64,000 nt of DNA from assembly GCA_034667685.1 (NCBI GenBank), contig JAXDQU010000025.1, positions 1 to 64,000 on the forward strand, read 5' to 3'. Below the pieces are notes generated by a model. The model searched no databases, had not been told where the DNA came from, and saw nothing but the letters and a program-made list of their open reading frames with translations. Both the position numbers and the translations under genes were made by a program. The DNA is from Thermoplasmata archaeon. GTDB lineage: Archaea > Thermoplasmatota > SW-10-69-26 > JACQPN01 > JAJPHT01. This document shows positions 39,005 to 48,334 of the stretch, one piece after another (positions within the stretch are counted from its first letter, which is position 1; each line of letters begins with the position of its first letter).

Positions 39005-40156
39005 ATGGGTTGGCGCTTGGTGGCTCTACTGGTCGCAGCGCTCCTGCTGCCCAGCGCGAGCGCCGCCCCAATCGCCACCGCCGCGCTGACCCTGCCCGCC
39101 GCAAGCACGGTCACGGGGTCGCCCCTCGCCATCTGGGCCAACAACACCAACGCCCCCAGCACATTCGAGCTTCACGTGCCTCTGCTGCACGTCCACGCCG
39201 TCCAGCGCGACTACACGCGCGCCAGCACGATCCGCGTCTACGGCCACGAGACGTTCCCCACCTTCGACCTCCACAACGCCACCGTCACGCTCGACGCCGC
39301 GCCCCCTGGAGACAGCGCCTGGATCGGCATCTACCCAGACGCCCGCGCCCACCTCGCCTTCACCCTCACCGACGCCAGCACCGTCACGGCCGCGGGCCCT
39401 GAGCGCATCGGCCGAGGCGGCACCGTCACGCCCGACGCCGACCCCTACTACCAGCGCGACCTCGACGGCCCGCACCTTGACGCGACCGGCCCCGGCGCCC
39501 TCGCCTACGCCGGCCCGGCCGTCGTCAAAATCACAGGCGGAATCGTCCGCATCCACGCCAACGAGAACGACACCACCTGGCAAACGCAACCCTACGACCA
39601 AGACCCCGCCCTCACCCACCAGGGCACCGAAGCTCACCTCGTGCTCACGTTCGACACTGGCAGCTTCACGCTCGCCACGAGCGCCCCCCTCGTCGTCGCC
39701 CTCGCAAGCGCCCACGCCACATGGACCGGCACCGCCTACGCCGGCCCCATCCCCCTCGACGCATCCGGCGCGACCCTCACCTCTGCCCTCATCGCCGGCT
39801 CGCCCGCCGCCTACCTCATTCCCGACACGCCCGGGGCCGCCACGCTCACCCAGATCGCGACCGGCGCGCCCGCCCTTGCACCCTGGGCCATCACAGGCGC
39901 CCTCGCCCTCCTCCTGGCTCTCACGCTCGGCGCCCTCGCCCGCGCACGCCGAGACCGCCTCCGCGACTCCTGGATCGTCGCCCAGGCCGCCTACGCCGCG
40001 CGCGATGACGCCCTCGCCCGCCGCGCGCTCGTGCGAGCCCTCCAGAAGGACCCTCGACTCGCGCTCGACGTCGAGGGCACCTTCCCCAGCCTCTCCACCG
40101 ACCCGCGCATCCAACGCGCCTTGGAACGCGCCTACCAACGAGATGGACGCCTATGA
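39005..40156 (+). CDS. membrane-anchored surface protein with helical cytoplasmic tail
   Basis: signal peptide, Thr/Ala-rich beta ectodomain, TM, helical tail. Confidence 0.7.
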   Translation: MGWRLVALLVAALLLPSASAAPIATAALTLPAASTVTGSPLAIWANNTNAPSTFELHVPLLHVHAVQRDYTRASTIRVYGHETFPTFDLHNATVTLDAAPPGDSAWIGIYPDARAHLAFTLTDASTVTAAGPERIGRGGTVTPDADPYYQRDLDGPHLDATGPGALAYAGPAVVKITGGIVRIHANENDTTWQTQPYDQDPALTHQGTEAHLVLTFDTGSFTLATSAPLVVALASAHATWTGTAYAGPIPLDASGATLTSALIAGSPAAYLIPDTPGAATLTQIATGAPALAPWAITGALALLLALTLGALARARRDRLRDSWIVAQAAYAARDDALARRALVRALQKDPRLALDVEGTFPSLSTDPRIQRALERAYQRDGRL

Positions 40157-40542
40157 TCGCCCGCCCCCTCCTATTCGCCGGCACACTGCTCCTCGCGCTC
40201 ATCCTCCCCTTCCCCTCGCACAACCCCCCGTCGCAGGACCCGGCTCCCGCCGCGCCTCCGTCCCCCGATGTACGCGCCGGTCGCGTGGACGCGAACTGCA
40301 ACCTCGTCTCCGGCTTCGGTTTCACCGTGTCCGCGCTCGGCCCCGGCGACTGCCTCGTGATCTGGACGCCCGCGCTCCACGCCGCGAACTACACCGTCGT
40401 CGGATACACCGAGCGCGGGCTCAACACGTTCGCCGCCGAGAGCTACACGACCAACAGCACCGAGATGGAAGCCTTCAATAGCGGTTGCGGCCACGGCTGC
40501 CCGGCTCCCTTCGCCTTCGTCATGGTCGCCCCGCCCTCCTGA
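40153..40542 (+). CDS. secreted or membrane-anchored hypothetical protein
   Basis: N-terminal hydrophobic segment; 4 Cys; start overlaps upstream stop. Confidence 0.6.
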   Translation: MIARPLLFAGTLLLALILPFPSHNPPSQDPAPAAPPSPDVRAGRVDANCNLVSGFGFTVSALGPGDCLVIWTPALHAANYTVVGYTERGLNTFAAESYTTNSTEMEAFNSGCGHGCPAPFAFVMVAPPS

Positions 40543-40545
40543 TCC

Positions 40546-41049
40546 CTACGTGGGCAGGAGGCTGCTCGGGTTGACGACGTTCACGGTGAAGTTGCTGAAC
40601 TGGCCGAGGTTGTCGCCATTGTCCTGGTCGATGTAGACCTTCCAACGACCCGAGATGCTGTTCACGCCCGTGATCGGGACGAGCACGGCGAGCAAGCCCG
40701 ACGAGCCCCCCAAGCCCGCGATCGTCGGATGCTGCGCGCCGCCCACGCCGAAGCTCGCGATGTCCGTCTTCGTCCCCGTCACGACGTCCTGGAATCCCAA
40801 GTAGAGGTGGTACGCGACGCCGCCGCCGTTGTTGCCGGCCGTCCAGTCGATCAGCATCTGCAACGTCACGATGCCTTGGAACAACGCGGAGAGCTCGCCG
40901 CTCGTGTACATGTTGGTCCGCACGCCGCCGTTCGTCACCGTCTGAATCGGCCCCGCGACCGTCAAAGCGTTGTACGTCGAGAGCCCCGTGAGCTGGTTCC
41001 CCTTCGTCGGCTTCTGCCCAAGGCTCGCGTACGTGCCGCCCTCAGCCAT
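40546..41049 (-). CDS. beta-rich putative virion (spike/vertex) protein
   Basis: last gene of the tightly coupled minus-strand operon; Gly/Thr/Asn-rich. Confidence 0.55.
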   Translation of the reverse strand: MAEGGTYASLGQKPTKGNQLTGLSTYNALTVAGPIQTVTNGGVRTNMYTSGELSALFQGIVTLQMLIDWTAGNNGGGVAYHLYLGFQDVVTGTKTDIASFGVGGAQHPTIAGLGGSSGLLAVLVPITGVNSISGRWKVYIDQDNGDNLGQFSNFTVNVVNPSSLLPT

Positions 41050-41257
41050 CCTTCCCCCCCGGCATCTGGAGGTTCAAGCAATGCGCCTGACGCACGAGCC
41101 CGTAGCCCGCCGCGATCGCCCCCGCCGCGAGCAACAAGACCGCGCCGGGCGCCACGGGCGGCAAGTGCCCATAGATCGCCTGGATGATCACGGCGACGCC
41201 CGCGCTCACCAAGGCCATCGCGCTCCAGCAAAGCGCGCTCTGCACCGTCACCATCAC
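41042..41257 (-). CDS. small two-TM protein
   Basis: two hydrophobic helices; coupled overlaps. Confidence 0.6.
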   Translation of the reverse strand: MMVTVQSALCWSAMALVSAGVAVIIQAIYGHLPPVAPGAVLLLAAGAIAAGYGLVRQAHCLNLQMPGGKDG

Positions 41258-41820
41258 GCCACCGCCGCAACGGCATGCTCAGGATGTTTGAACGCGAACA
41301 CGAGGACGGCAAGGATCACCACAACGACAAGAACCCCGACCCCCACGCCCGCGAACTTCAAGCCCGAGCCCAAGCTGTCGAGACCCGACCCGGCGCCGCC
41401 CGCGAGATTCCCAACCCCACGCCCAGCATCGGCGATGGCCTGGCCCGTCGGCTGCGTCACGTCGCGGATGATGACCGGCACCTGATGCGCCACGTCCGGA
41501 ATCACCTGGACCGTGTTCACGCCCGCCTGCCCGAGCCGATTCCCGAGGTTGCCCAACCCCGCGTACGCGCCCTTGACGCCCCCCGAGAAGTCTTTGTAGG
41601 CTTGCCCCGCGCCTCCGATCACGTCGCCCGGCACGCTCGCGACCGCCACGGCGCTCCTGTTCGCCGCCGCACCAATCGCGCCCAGGCCACTCTTGTCGTA
41701 AGCCGCCGCGAACCCGTTCCCGACCGAGCCGGCCGTGTCGTGGACCGCCTTGCCCGCGCCGCCGATGGCCGCACCGACCTTGCTCTTCGTCTCGTCCGCC
41801 AAGTCGTTCAACCAAGACAC
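41254..41820 (-). CDS. Gly/Ala-rich amphipathic protein with C-terminal TM (virion membrane/pilot-like)
   Basis: GGAGKA/GGVKGA/GRGVGN helical repeats, then a TM. Confidence 0.6.
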   Translation of the reverse strand: MSWLNDLADETKSKVGAAIGGAGKAVHDTAGSVGNGFAAAYDKSGLGAIGAAANRSAVAVASVPGDVIGGAGQAYKDFSGGVKGAYAGLGNLGNRLGQAGVNTVQVIPDVAHQVPVIIRDVTQPTGQAIADAGRGVGNLAGGAGSGLDSLGSGLKFAGVGVGVLVVVVILAVLVFAFKHPEHAVAAVA

Positions 41821-41826
41821 CCCATC

Positions 41827-42438
41827 TCACCTCCCCACAAGCCTGATTCCCTTCGGCGTCTGGCGCGGCGCGACCACGGCTCCCGCGGCGTGTGCGCTCG
41901 CAGGCGCAGCCATCGTCGCCGGAGCATGCACCGGCGCCACCGGACCAACGAACGCCCCCTCGTTCTGCTGCGCGACGTGCGCCGCCGCGACGCTCGGCGC
42001 CGGCACGAAGAACAGACCCGACGCGAGGGGCTGTGCCTTCGCAGCCGGAGCCGGCGGACCCACCGGACCGTTCAGCGGGCTGTTGGGAGGCACGTACAAC
42101 GCGCTCGGCGGGCCCGTGTAGATGCTACTCCCATTCGCCAGGTTCAGGAAACCGCTCCCGGGAGGCCCAGCCGGCGTCTGGCTCACGATGGGAGACGCCA
42201 GGTCGGCCGGCGCGAGCTGCCACGTCTGGCCCGCGTCGTACCTCACCGGCGCACCCGGCGCGGAGCTCGACTGGGCCGGCCCCGGGTCCGTCGGGTCCAT
42301 CGTCCCCGCCGCGCTCAGATCGCCACTCGCGAAGCCCGCGCTCGCCCCGCCCTGACCCCGCGAGCCGAAGATCAACCACACCACGAGCGCCACCACGCCG
42401 ATCCCCAGCAACGCCACCATCGTCGATTCACGCATCAT
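41827..42438 (-). CDS. N-terminal TM, Pro/Ala-rich protein
   Basis: VALLGIGVVALVVWLIF followed by low-complexity sequence. Confidence 0.6.
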   Translation of the reverse strand: MMRESTMVALLGIGVVALVVWLIFGSRGQGGASAGFASGDLSAAGTMDPTDPGPAQSSSAPGAPVRYDAGQTWQLAPADLASPIVSQTPAGPPGSGFLNLANGSSIYTGPPSALYVPPNSPLNGPVGPPAPAAKAQPLASGLFFVPAPSVAAAHVAQQNEGAFVGPVAPVHAPATMAAPASAHAAGAVVAPRQTPKGIRLVGR

Positions 42439-42441
42439 CCA

Positions 42442-42810
42442 TCACCCGAACGTCCACTCGTGCCAAGCACCCAGCACCAGGCCCACGGTGCCCGAGACCT
42501 CGTAGTACGCGCCCGGCGGGACGAGGAAGCTCACGCGCTCCGCGAGCACCGCCGCAATCGCGCCGAAGTTGGTCTGCAAGTCGGTGTCCACGATCGTCGC
42601 GGGCGCCGGGTTCGCATCGCAGAAGGCCGTCGTCTGCGTAGAAGCAGCCGCCCCCGTGTTCTTGCTCGTCCGCACCATAACCAGGAGCGTCCGCCCCGAG
42701 AGGTTCTGGTACACCGTCGTGAGCGCGCGCGTCCCCGCGCCGCCCGCGCTGAGGTCCCCACTGTCCGTCGGCTTGTACAAGAGCCGGCCATCCGGCATGT
42801 CTTCCGTCAT
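42442..42810 (-). CDS. beta-rich putative virion protein
   Basis: TVYQNLSGRTLLVMV...SFLVPPGAYYEV; ATGA-coupled start. Confidence 0.6.
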   Translation of the reverse strand: MTEDMPDGRLLYKPTDSGDLSAGGAGTRALTTVYQNLSGRTLLVMVRTSKNTGAAASTQTTAFCDANPAPATIVDTDLQTNFGAIAAVLAERVSFLVPPGAYYEVSGTVGLVLGAWHEWTFG

Positions 42811-43352
42811 GAGTACCTCAACTCCAGGTTGCTGATCCACGAGACGGCGCCCCCGGCGTAGGCGCCATCCGTCGTCGCGCGGATCGAAATCGTGTCGCCC
42901 GGCGCGAACGCCACGCCCGCGCCCGTCGAGTCATGCCACGTCGCCGTGTCGTCGTTGAACGCGAACACCACGAAGAGGCCCGTCGGGGCGCCGTTCTTCC
43001 AGACCGTGAGAGTCAGGTTTCCAGCCGTCGCGCCGTTCGTGTAGCGCAAGACGCTGAAGCCATTGATTGTGCCCGCGCGCCGCATCTTGGGCGCGACGAT
43101 CGTGTTGTTCGTCGAATTCGAACCCGTCGCCGGATTGTAGCTCCGCGCGTCGTTCGCGACGAACGTCTGGGTCGACACCTGACCGATGATCTGGTCGCCC
43201 GGCTGCGAGCCGATCACCGCCATCGTGCCCCGCCGCTCCGGCGGAGTCGGCGGCGCAGGCCGCAGCGTCCCCCGCTCCCAAGCGTCGAACATCGCGCCCA
43301 GCATCTCACGCTGCTCGTCCGTCACGACGAGGACATGCTCACGCGGAGGCAC
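42807..43352 (-). CDS. beta-rich putative virion protein
   Basis: GAGGAGGG SD before GTG; LTLTVWKNG...VAFAPGDTISIR. Confidence 0.6.
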   Translation of the reverse strand: MPPREHVLVVTDEQREMLGAMFDAWERGTLRPAPPTPPERRGTMAVIGSQPGDQIIGQVSTQTFVANDARSYNPATGSNSTNNTIVAPKMRRAGTINGFSVLRYTNGATAGNLTLTVWKNGAPTGLFVVFAFNDDTATWHDSTGAGVAFAPGDTISIRATTDGAYAGGAVSWISNLELRYS

Positions 43353-43740
43353 TGAGCCCACCCTCCTCGACGATCTCGACCTGCCCCGCCACCAGCGCCA
43401 CACCCGAAGGCGTCACCGTGTAGTAGCGCACCAGGCCCACGCCCGACTGCGCGTTGAACGTGACCGAATCGTTCGGCCCCACCGTGCGCGGCGTGTCCCC
43501 ATTGAACACGAACGCGAGCGTCGACCCGCTACGGTTGAAGACCCTGATCTGCGTGCGGTACGGGAACCGCACGAAGGGAAACGCCTGCGCGAAGACGCGC
43601 GCGGCCGCCGTGCCGATCGCGAGGCCCCCCGCGCCGGGGTCCCAGCGCGACTCGGGCATCTGCACTTCCGGCGGAGCGGGCGCGACCGCGCCGCGCTGCC
43701 AAGACGCGAAGGGCTGGGGGTAGGGAGAACGGACGGACAT
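43339..43740 (-). CDS. beta-rich putative capsid-associated protein (133 aa)
   Basis: QIRVFNRSGSTLAFVFNG...VGPNDSVTF alternating strands. Confidence 0.55.
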   Translation of the reverse strand: MSVRSPYPQPFASWQRGAVAPAPPEVQMPESRWDPGAGGLAIGTAAARVFAQAFPFVRFPYRTQIRVFNRSGSTLAFVFNGDTPRTVGPNDSVTFNAQSGVGLVRYYTVTPSGVALVAGQVEIVEEGGLSASA

Positions 43741-43799
43741 AGGCAAGACGCGCGCCCCCACCGAAGGAGACCACGCGCCGCGGAGGAGAGGCGCCAGCT

Positions 43800-44333
43800 C
43801 TACGTGGACGAGCTGACGAAGCGCTGGTAGCCACGCGGGCTGTAGTTGTGTCCCACGGGCGGGATCACGCGCAGCACCGGCGCGGGCACGTTCGCGACCG
43901 TCGCCGGGTTGTCGTCCAGACCCAGCGGGTTCGTCTGCGTGCCGTTCACCGTCTTCGTGACGCGATCCGCCAGCGAGATCAGCTTGTCGAGCACGCGGAC
44001 GCGGCCCGTGTAGTCGCGGAAGCAGTCCGCGACGTTGAGCTGCACCGTGAAGTTGGCCGTGACCCACGTCGCGTGCGCGGCCGAGTCCAGGTACTCCAGG
44101 TCCAGCCACTCCAGCGCGTTGCCGTGCGCCACCAGGTTGCTGGGCGTCCGCACGATGCGGTCATTCAGCGTACCCTCCGGGTTGCCCTCCACGGCATCCT
44201 GGAGCACCGCGCGCGGCGACGTCGTCGCGTCGAGGATGTTGTACGGAATGTACTCGGTCGTGGCGATGTAGTTGCCCATCGAGTCCTTCACCGCGAAACG
44301 GTACATGCCCGCCGCGATCTCCGTCTGCACCAT
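43800..44333 (-). CDS. candidate major capsid protein (177 aa)
   Basis: near the head of the structural operon; SD-like GGGTGGTGGG; soluble and beta-rich; fold not verified. Confidence 0.45.
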   Translation of the reverse strand: MVQTEIAAGMYRFAVKDSMGNYIATTEYIPYNILDATTSPRAVLQDAVEGNPEGTLNDRIVRTPSNLVAHGNALEWLDLEYLDSAAHATWVTANFTVQLNVADCFRDYTGRVRVLDKLISLADRVTKTVNGTQTNPLGLDDNPATVANVPAPVLRVIPPVGHNYSPRGYQRFVSSST

Positions 44334-44348
44334 GAGAACCCACCACCC

Positions 44349-44570
44349 TCAGATGCCCTGGAACGCCGCGGGAGTCGAACCCAGGCCGCCGGAACCGCCG
44401 GCGCCGGTGACACGAGCCACGCCCGGCACCTTGGCCTGGAGCCAAGGCACGATGAAGCGGGAGGCCACGAGGTAGAGCAGGACGAGCATGACGATGCCCG
44501 CGAGAGCCAGACCCACCGACTTCGGCGAGAGCAGGTTCACGTGGGTCACGTCCACATTGGCAGAGGCCAT
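44349..44570 (-). CDS. small single-TM protein, first gene of the structural operon
   Basis: GLALAGIVMLVLLYLVA; SD GGTGAGG. Confidence 0.65.
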   Translation of the reverse strand: MASANVDVTHVNLLSPKSVGLALAGIVMLVLLYLVASRFIVPWLQAKVPGVARVTGAGGSGGLGSTPAAFQGI

Positions 44571-44681
44571 GTTGAGGAAACCTCACCCGCCCACGGCCCC
44601 GGAGCGACGATGAGGAAGCGTTGCAAGTAGAACAGGAATCCATATCGCCGCTCCGCACGTCGCGCACGACGGGAACGCACC

Positions 44682-44930
44682 TTGGCAACCACCACCCCGA
44701 GCGAAACGGAACAGCTCGACAAGAAGACCGAATGGATCCTCGGCAAGGTCCCCATGCTCCTCAAGGCGCTCGGAATCGGCCAAGCCGAACGCAAGGTGCT
44801 CGTGGACGGCATCCTCTGGGCCGTCAGCAAGGTCGGCGAGATCGACCAACGCGCCACCCGCACCGAACGCCTCCTCCTTCTCCTCGCGCAGAAGAACGGC
44901 ATCAACGCCGAGGAGGTGAACACCCAATGA
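44682..44930 (+). CDS. small helical protein
   Basis: coupled to the next ORF via GGAGGTGA; TTG start uncertain. Confidence 0.55.
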   Translation: MATTTPSETEQLDKKTEWILGKVPMLLKALGIGQAERKVLVDGILWAVSKVGEIDQRATRTERLLLLLAQKNGINAEEVNTQ

Positions 44931-45076
44931 GCGCCCCCGCGACCCCCATCTACACCTGCCCGGGATGCTACATCACCACGACGGAACCCGTTCCCCTCCC
45001 CGGCGACAAGCTCGGATGCCCCAACTGCATCGACACCTTCGCCACCAAGAACAACGCCATCCTCCAGGAGGCGTGA
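44927..45076 (+). CDS. small zinc-ribbon protein
   Basis: CPGC...CPNC. Confidence 0.65.
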   Translation: MSAPATPIYTCPGCYITTTEPVPLPGDKLGCPNCIDTFATKNNAILQEA

Positions 45077-45078
45077 AC

Positions 45079-45471
45079 ATGCCCAAGAAGAACACCGACG
45101 CCGAAGACGCGCGCCGCATCAAGGAACTCGCCGCCGCCGGCAAGTCCCAGCGCCAGATCATGCGCGAGACGCGCCGCAGCCTCGGCTTCGTGAACAGCGT
45201 CTGCACGGGCAAGAAGGACGACCTCCTCAGCGCCCCGAAGACCACGCCCGCCCCCAAGGGCGCGCCCAAGCCCCCGCGTGAGGAGGAAAACGAACGCGCG
45301 GGCGACGAGGAGGGCGAGGCGTTCACGCTCAACGAACCGGAACCCCCTACGGGGGTTCCGAAGCCCAAGAAGAACGCGCCCAAGGAACGCGAAGAAGAAC
45401 ACGACGAACAGCCCGACCAGGAGCCTCGCAAGCGCGAGTACCGGCTCCACCTCTGGGGGCCCGACGCATGA
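45079..45471 (+). CDS. HTH protein with charged tail
   Basis: RRIKELAAAGKSQRQIMRETRRSLGFV. Confidence 0.65.
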   Translation: MPKKNTDAEDARRIKELAAAGKSQRQIMRETRRSLGFVNSVCTGKKDDLLSAPKTTPAPKGAPKPPREEENERAGDEEGEAFTLNEPEPPTGVPKPKKNAPKEREEEHDEQPDQEPRKREYRLHLWGPDA

Positions 45472-45956
45472 ACGAATCCGCCCCCGAGCAGGTCGAGTAC
45501 GCCGACGACTTCGCACGCGCGGCCGCCGAAGCCGGCGACGCGCCCACGCCCGCGCAGCCAGCTCACACGATGCCGGGCCCCGCCCCTCCGGCCGAGCCCC
45601 CCGTCCAATACCCGCCCTTCCACCCCGACGACTGGCGCGACAACGCGATCGCGATGGGCATCAACGGCCTGGCCGACGGCCTCGCCGGCATGCCCGAGGA
45701 CACCGCCACCAAGGACAACCTGGGCGAGTCGATCGCCTTCGCCCTCGACTACTACACCGGCGGCAAGCTCCAGAACCTACCTCCCTACGCCCACGTCGTC
45801 ATCAGCGGCGGCAAGTACACCTTCCACGTCGTCATGCACAAGAAGAACAGCACCAAGGACGACGAGAACGACGACGCGGCCGCCGCCGAACTCGCCAAGC
45901 GCATGGAGGCCGCGCGCAAGGGCGGCGCCAACACCCAGGCGGTGAACAGCCCGTGA
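45468..45956 (+). CDS. hypothetical viral protein
   Basis: 162-aa coupled ORF. Confidence 0.6.
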   Translation: MNESAPEQVEYADDFARAAAEAGDAPTPAQPAHTMPGPAPPAEPPVQYPPFHPDDWRDNAIAMGINGLADGLAGMPEDTATKDNLGESIAFALDYYTGGKLQNLPPYAHVVISGGKYTFHVVMHKKNSTKDDENDDAAAAELAKRMEAARKGGANTQAVNSP

Positions 45957-46326
45957 TGGCCTTCCCGCTCCTGGAAGACCGCGCCTGGTGCGAACACCCC
46001 TGGGAACACCGCAACGCCGTCGTCCTCAACGGCGCCCCCTTCGTCGTCTGCACGATCTGCGGGGCCATCGAGGTGGCCCGATGAGCCCGCCCCACCACGC
46101 GCCGCGACGCGCCGGCCTGCGCGAGAAACGCGAGACCCTACGCGACCAAGCACCCCAAGGCGCATGCAAGGCCTGCTTCGCCTCTTGGCAGTACCCCGCC
46201 TCGATGCACGTCTACCGCTGGAAGGGCGCCCTCATCAGCATCGCCGCATGCGACGCCCACCGCGCCGAGGTCTTCGCAGCCCTCGACGCCGCCCAAGGCT
46301 GCCCGGGGGACCCGCGTGCCCGTTGA
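45956..46326 (+). other. two tiny Cys/His-rich ORFs (45956-46084 and 46081-46326)
   Basis: CEH..CTICG and CKAC..CDAH; overlapping stop/start codons. Confidence 0.5.
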
Positions 46327-46993
46327 GGCAGACCTGGAGAGCCACACGAGCATCTTCGGTCGCACGAGCAGCGGGAAGACGTACCTCTTCCGCGAAGCCA
46401 TCTGGAAGAAGACCAAGAAGCGCATCGTCTTCGTCAACACCCAACGCGAGCTGGGCTTCGGCCCCGAGATCAGCGCCCACAACTGGCACATCTCCCTGCT
46501 CACCAAGCCCGCCGCCCGCGTCAACCTCGTCCCGCCCCTCCTGAGCGCGCGCGCCAACGGCCAAGCTGCGACGCTCGATCTCTGCGCGCGCATCGTCGAT
46601 GACTGCATCGCGGTCGGCAACAAGGTCGCTCGCGACCGGCGCGGGCTCGTAGTCCTCGCCTTCGACGAGGCCCACCTCCTCAGCCCCAAAGGCAGCCCCG
46701 ACGACCCACTCCAGCGCGTCGCCACCAACGGCAACCGCTTCGGCATCAAGGGCGCCTTCATCACGCAACGCCCCGCCAAGCTCAGCCACACCGTCATCTC
46801 GCAGAGCATGACCAAGGTGCTCTTCGACCTCGACGACTACGAGCAGCCCTACCTTGACCACTACGCCGTCCCACAGGGCGTGCAAGAGTGGATCAAGGCG
46901 CCCGTGCCCAACGCGCCACCCGGCACGCCCAACCGACGCTTCGCCGTCCAGCAAGGAAAAGTCTGGACGCGCTGCCGCCCCTACTTAACGTGA
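46316..46993 (+). CDS. FtsK/HerA-superfamily ATPase (A32-like genome packaging candidate)
   Basis: Walker A GRTSSGKT, Walker B LAFDEAH, GNRFG, ITQRP; only 225 aa with no accessory domains. Confidence 0.8.
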   Translation: MPVEADLESHTSIFGRTSSGKTYLFREAIWKKTKKRIVFVNTQRELGFGPEISAHNWHISLLTKPAARVNLVPPLLSARANGQAATLDLCARIVDDCIAVGNKVARDRRGLVVLAFDEAHLLSPKGSPDDPLQRVATNGNRFGIKGAFITQRPAKLSHTVISQSMTKVLFDLDDYEQPYLDHYAVPQGVQEWIKAPVPNAPPGTPNRRFAVQQGKVWTRCRPYLT

Positions 46994-47201
46994 TCAGCGC
47001 CGGTGCGGGGCGTACGGGCTCTGGATCACACGCGGGTACGAACGCACCGCTCCCGCGCCCCCGCACCCCCAGCACGCCTGCGCGCGCATGGGCCCAGCGC
47101 CCACAGGCGTGCGCGGGACGAGAAGACCCAACCCCGCGCACGTCTTGCACGAACCAGCATGAGGCGCCCCGGCGGGCGCAGACGGACCCTTGGCCATGCC
47201 C

Positions 47202-47420
47202 TCAAGCTGCGCGCGGAGCTTCCATATGGGTTTCCACGAGCACCCACACCGCGTCCGCCCCATGCTTCCCTGTCACGACCGCGCGCCCCGACTTCTTCAA
47301 CGTCTCCGCGCACTCCCGCGGCGACCACCGACGCACCCGCACCGACACCTCCCCCGCCGTCGCCGCCCCGCCCAACTCCCGCAACGCGCCCACGATCGCG
47401 CTCCGCTTGCTGTACGTCAC
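47202..47420 (-). CDS. small wHTH-like protein
   Basis: AIVGALRELGGAATAGEVS...VW. Confidence 0.5.
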   Translation of the reverse strand: MTYSKRSAIVGALRELGGAATAGEVSVRVRRWSPRECAETLKKSGRAVVTGKHGADAVWVLVETHMEAPRAA

Positions 47421-48334
47421 GCGCCCACCGCCCGAATGACCCAGACCACGCCCAACACGAACGCGCCGAGGACCGCGAAGACGATGATGTGCCGCACGAT
47501 CTCGCGCGCCGAGAACGACGCCTCACCCGGATGGGCGTCGGGTCTCCGCTCGGCCTCGACGGGGCGCCTCGCTACCACAGCGCGGCCTCCATCGCCCTCG
47601 CCTCCGCCGTCTCCTCGTACTCAATGCGATCCGCGAACACCCGCGCCCTCGCACACCACGACGGCAGGACGAAGCACACGACCGGCGGCCACTCGCCGGA
47701 ATGACTTCTTGGCGTTTGGTCAGGCAAGGCCGGTCCCTCCACAGCGCGGGCAGCGCTTACCGTCGCGGACGTTGAGGGGGCCGAGGCTCCCTGGGGGGTA
47801 TTTGCGGTGCGGCCCCTTGTGGCCCTTCGGCATCGTGCAGAACGCGGTCCCGATGCCGTTGGCCCCCGTCCGCATCTCGCGCCCGCATTCCTCGACGCCG
47901 GCACTTCGATCCGTCACACGACCACCTCGGTGTCGCAGAGGGAGCAGCGCAGGACGAGCCGCCCGTTGGCCGCGACATAGAATGCTGCCGGCGGGCCGTG
48001 CGGGCGAGGACACGCCGGAAGGGGCATCCGCTGCCACGGCCAGCGCCATCGGCTCCTTTGCTTCGACGGTTCGCTCATGCGACCACGCTCCTGCATTTCC
48101 AACCGACTTCGACAACGCCTCGCAGCCACCCGAGCCTGAACATGCGCCAGCCCGGCGTCGTCGCTGCGAGCGTTCCGACCTTAGGCAGCCACCACGTCGG
48201 CGGCCCGTGCCGCACGCGGACGCTGAAGCCCTCCAATCGCTCGCTGCGCGGCGTCGCCCAGACGAGCCCCGCGCCGTCGTCCTCCGCGTACTTTCCGCCG
48301 AAGACGAGCGGCGGAACGCGGTCACTTCCTCCCG

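Noticed and set aside
46316-46993. HerA defence system or conjugative VirB4
   Set aside because: Too short, no HAS domain, no nuclease/Sir2 or T4SS partners; viral context fits packaging better
44644-47152. CGCACGTC(GC/TT)GCACGA direct repeat around the ATPase block as resolvase sites
   Set aside because: 14/16 match in GC-rich DNA is compatible with chance; no res-like subsite structure
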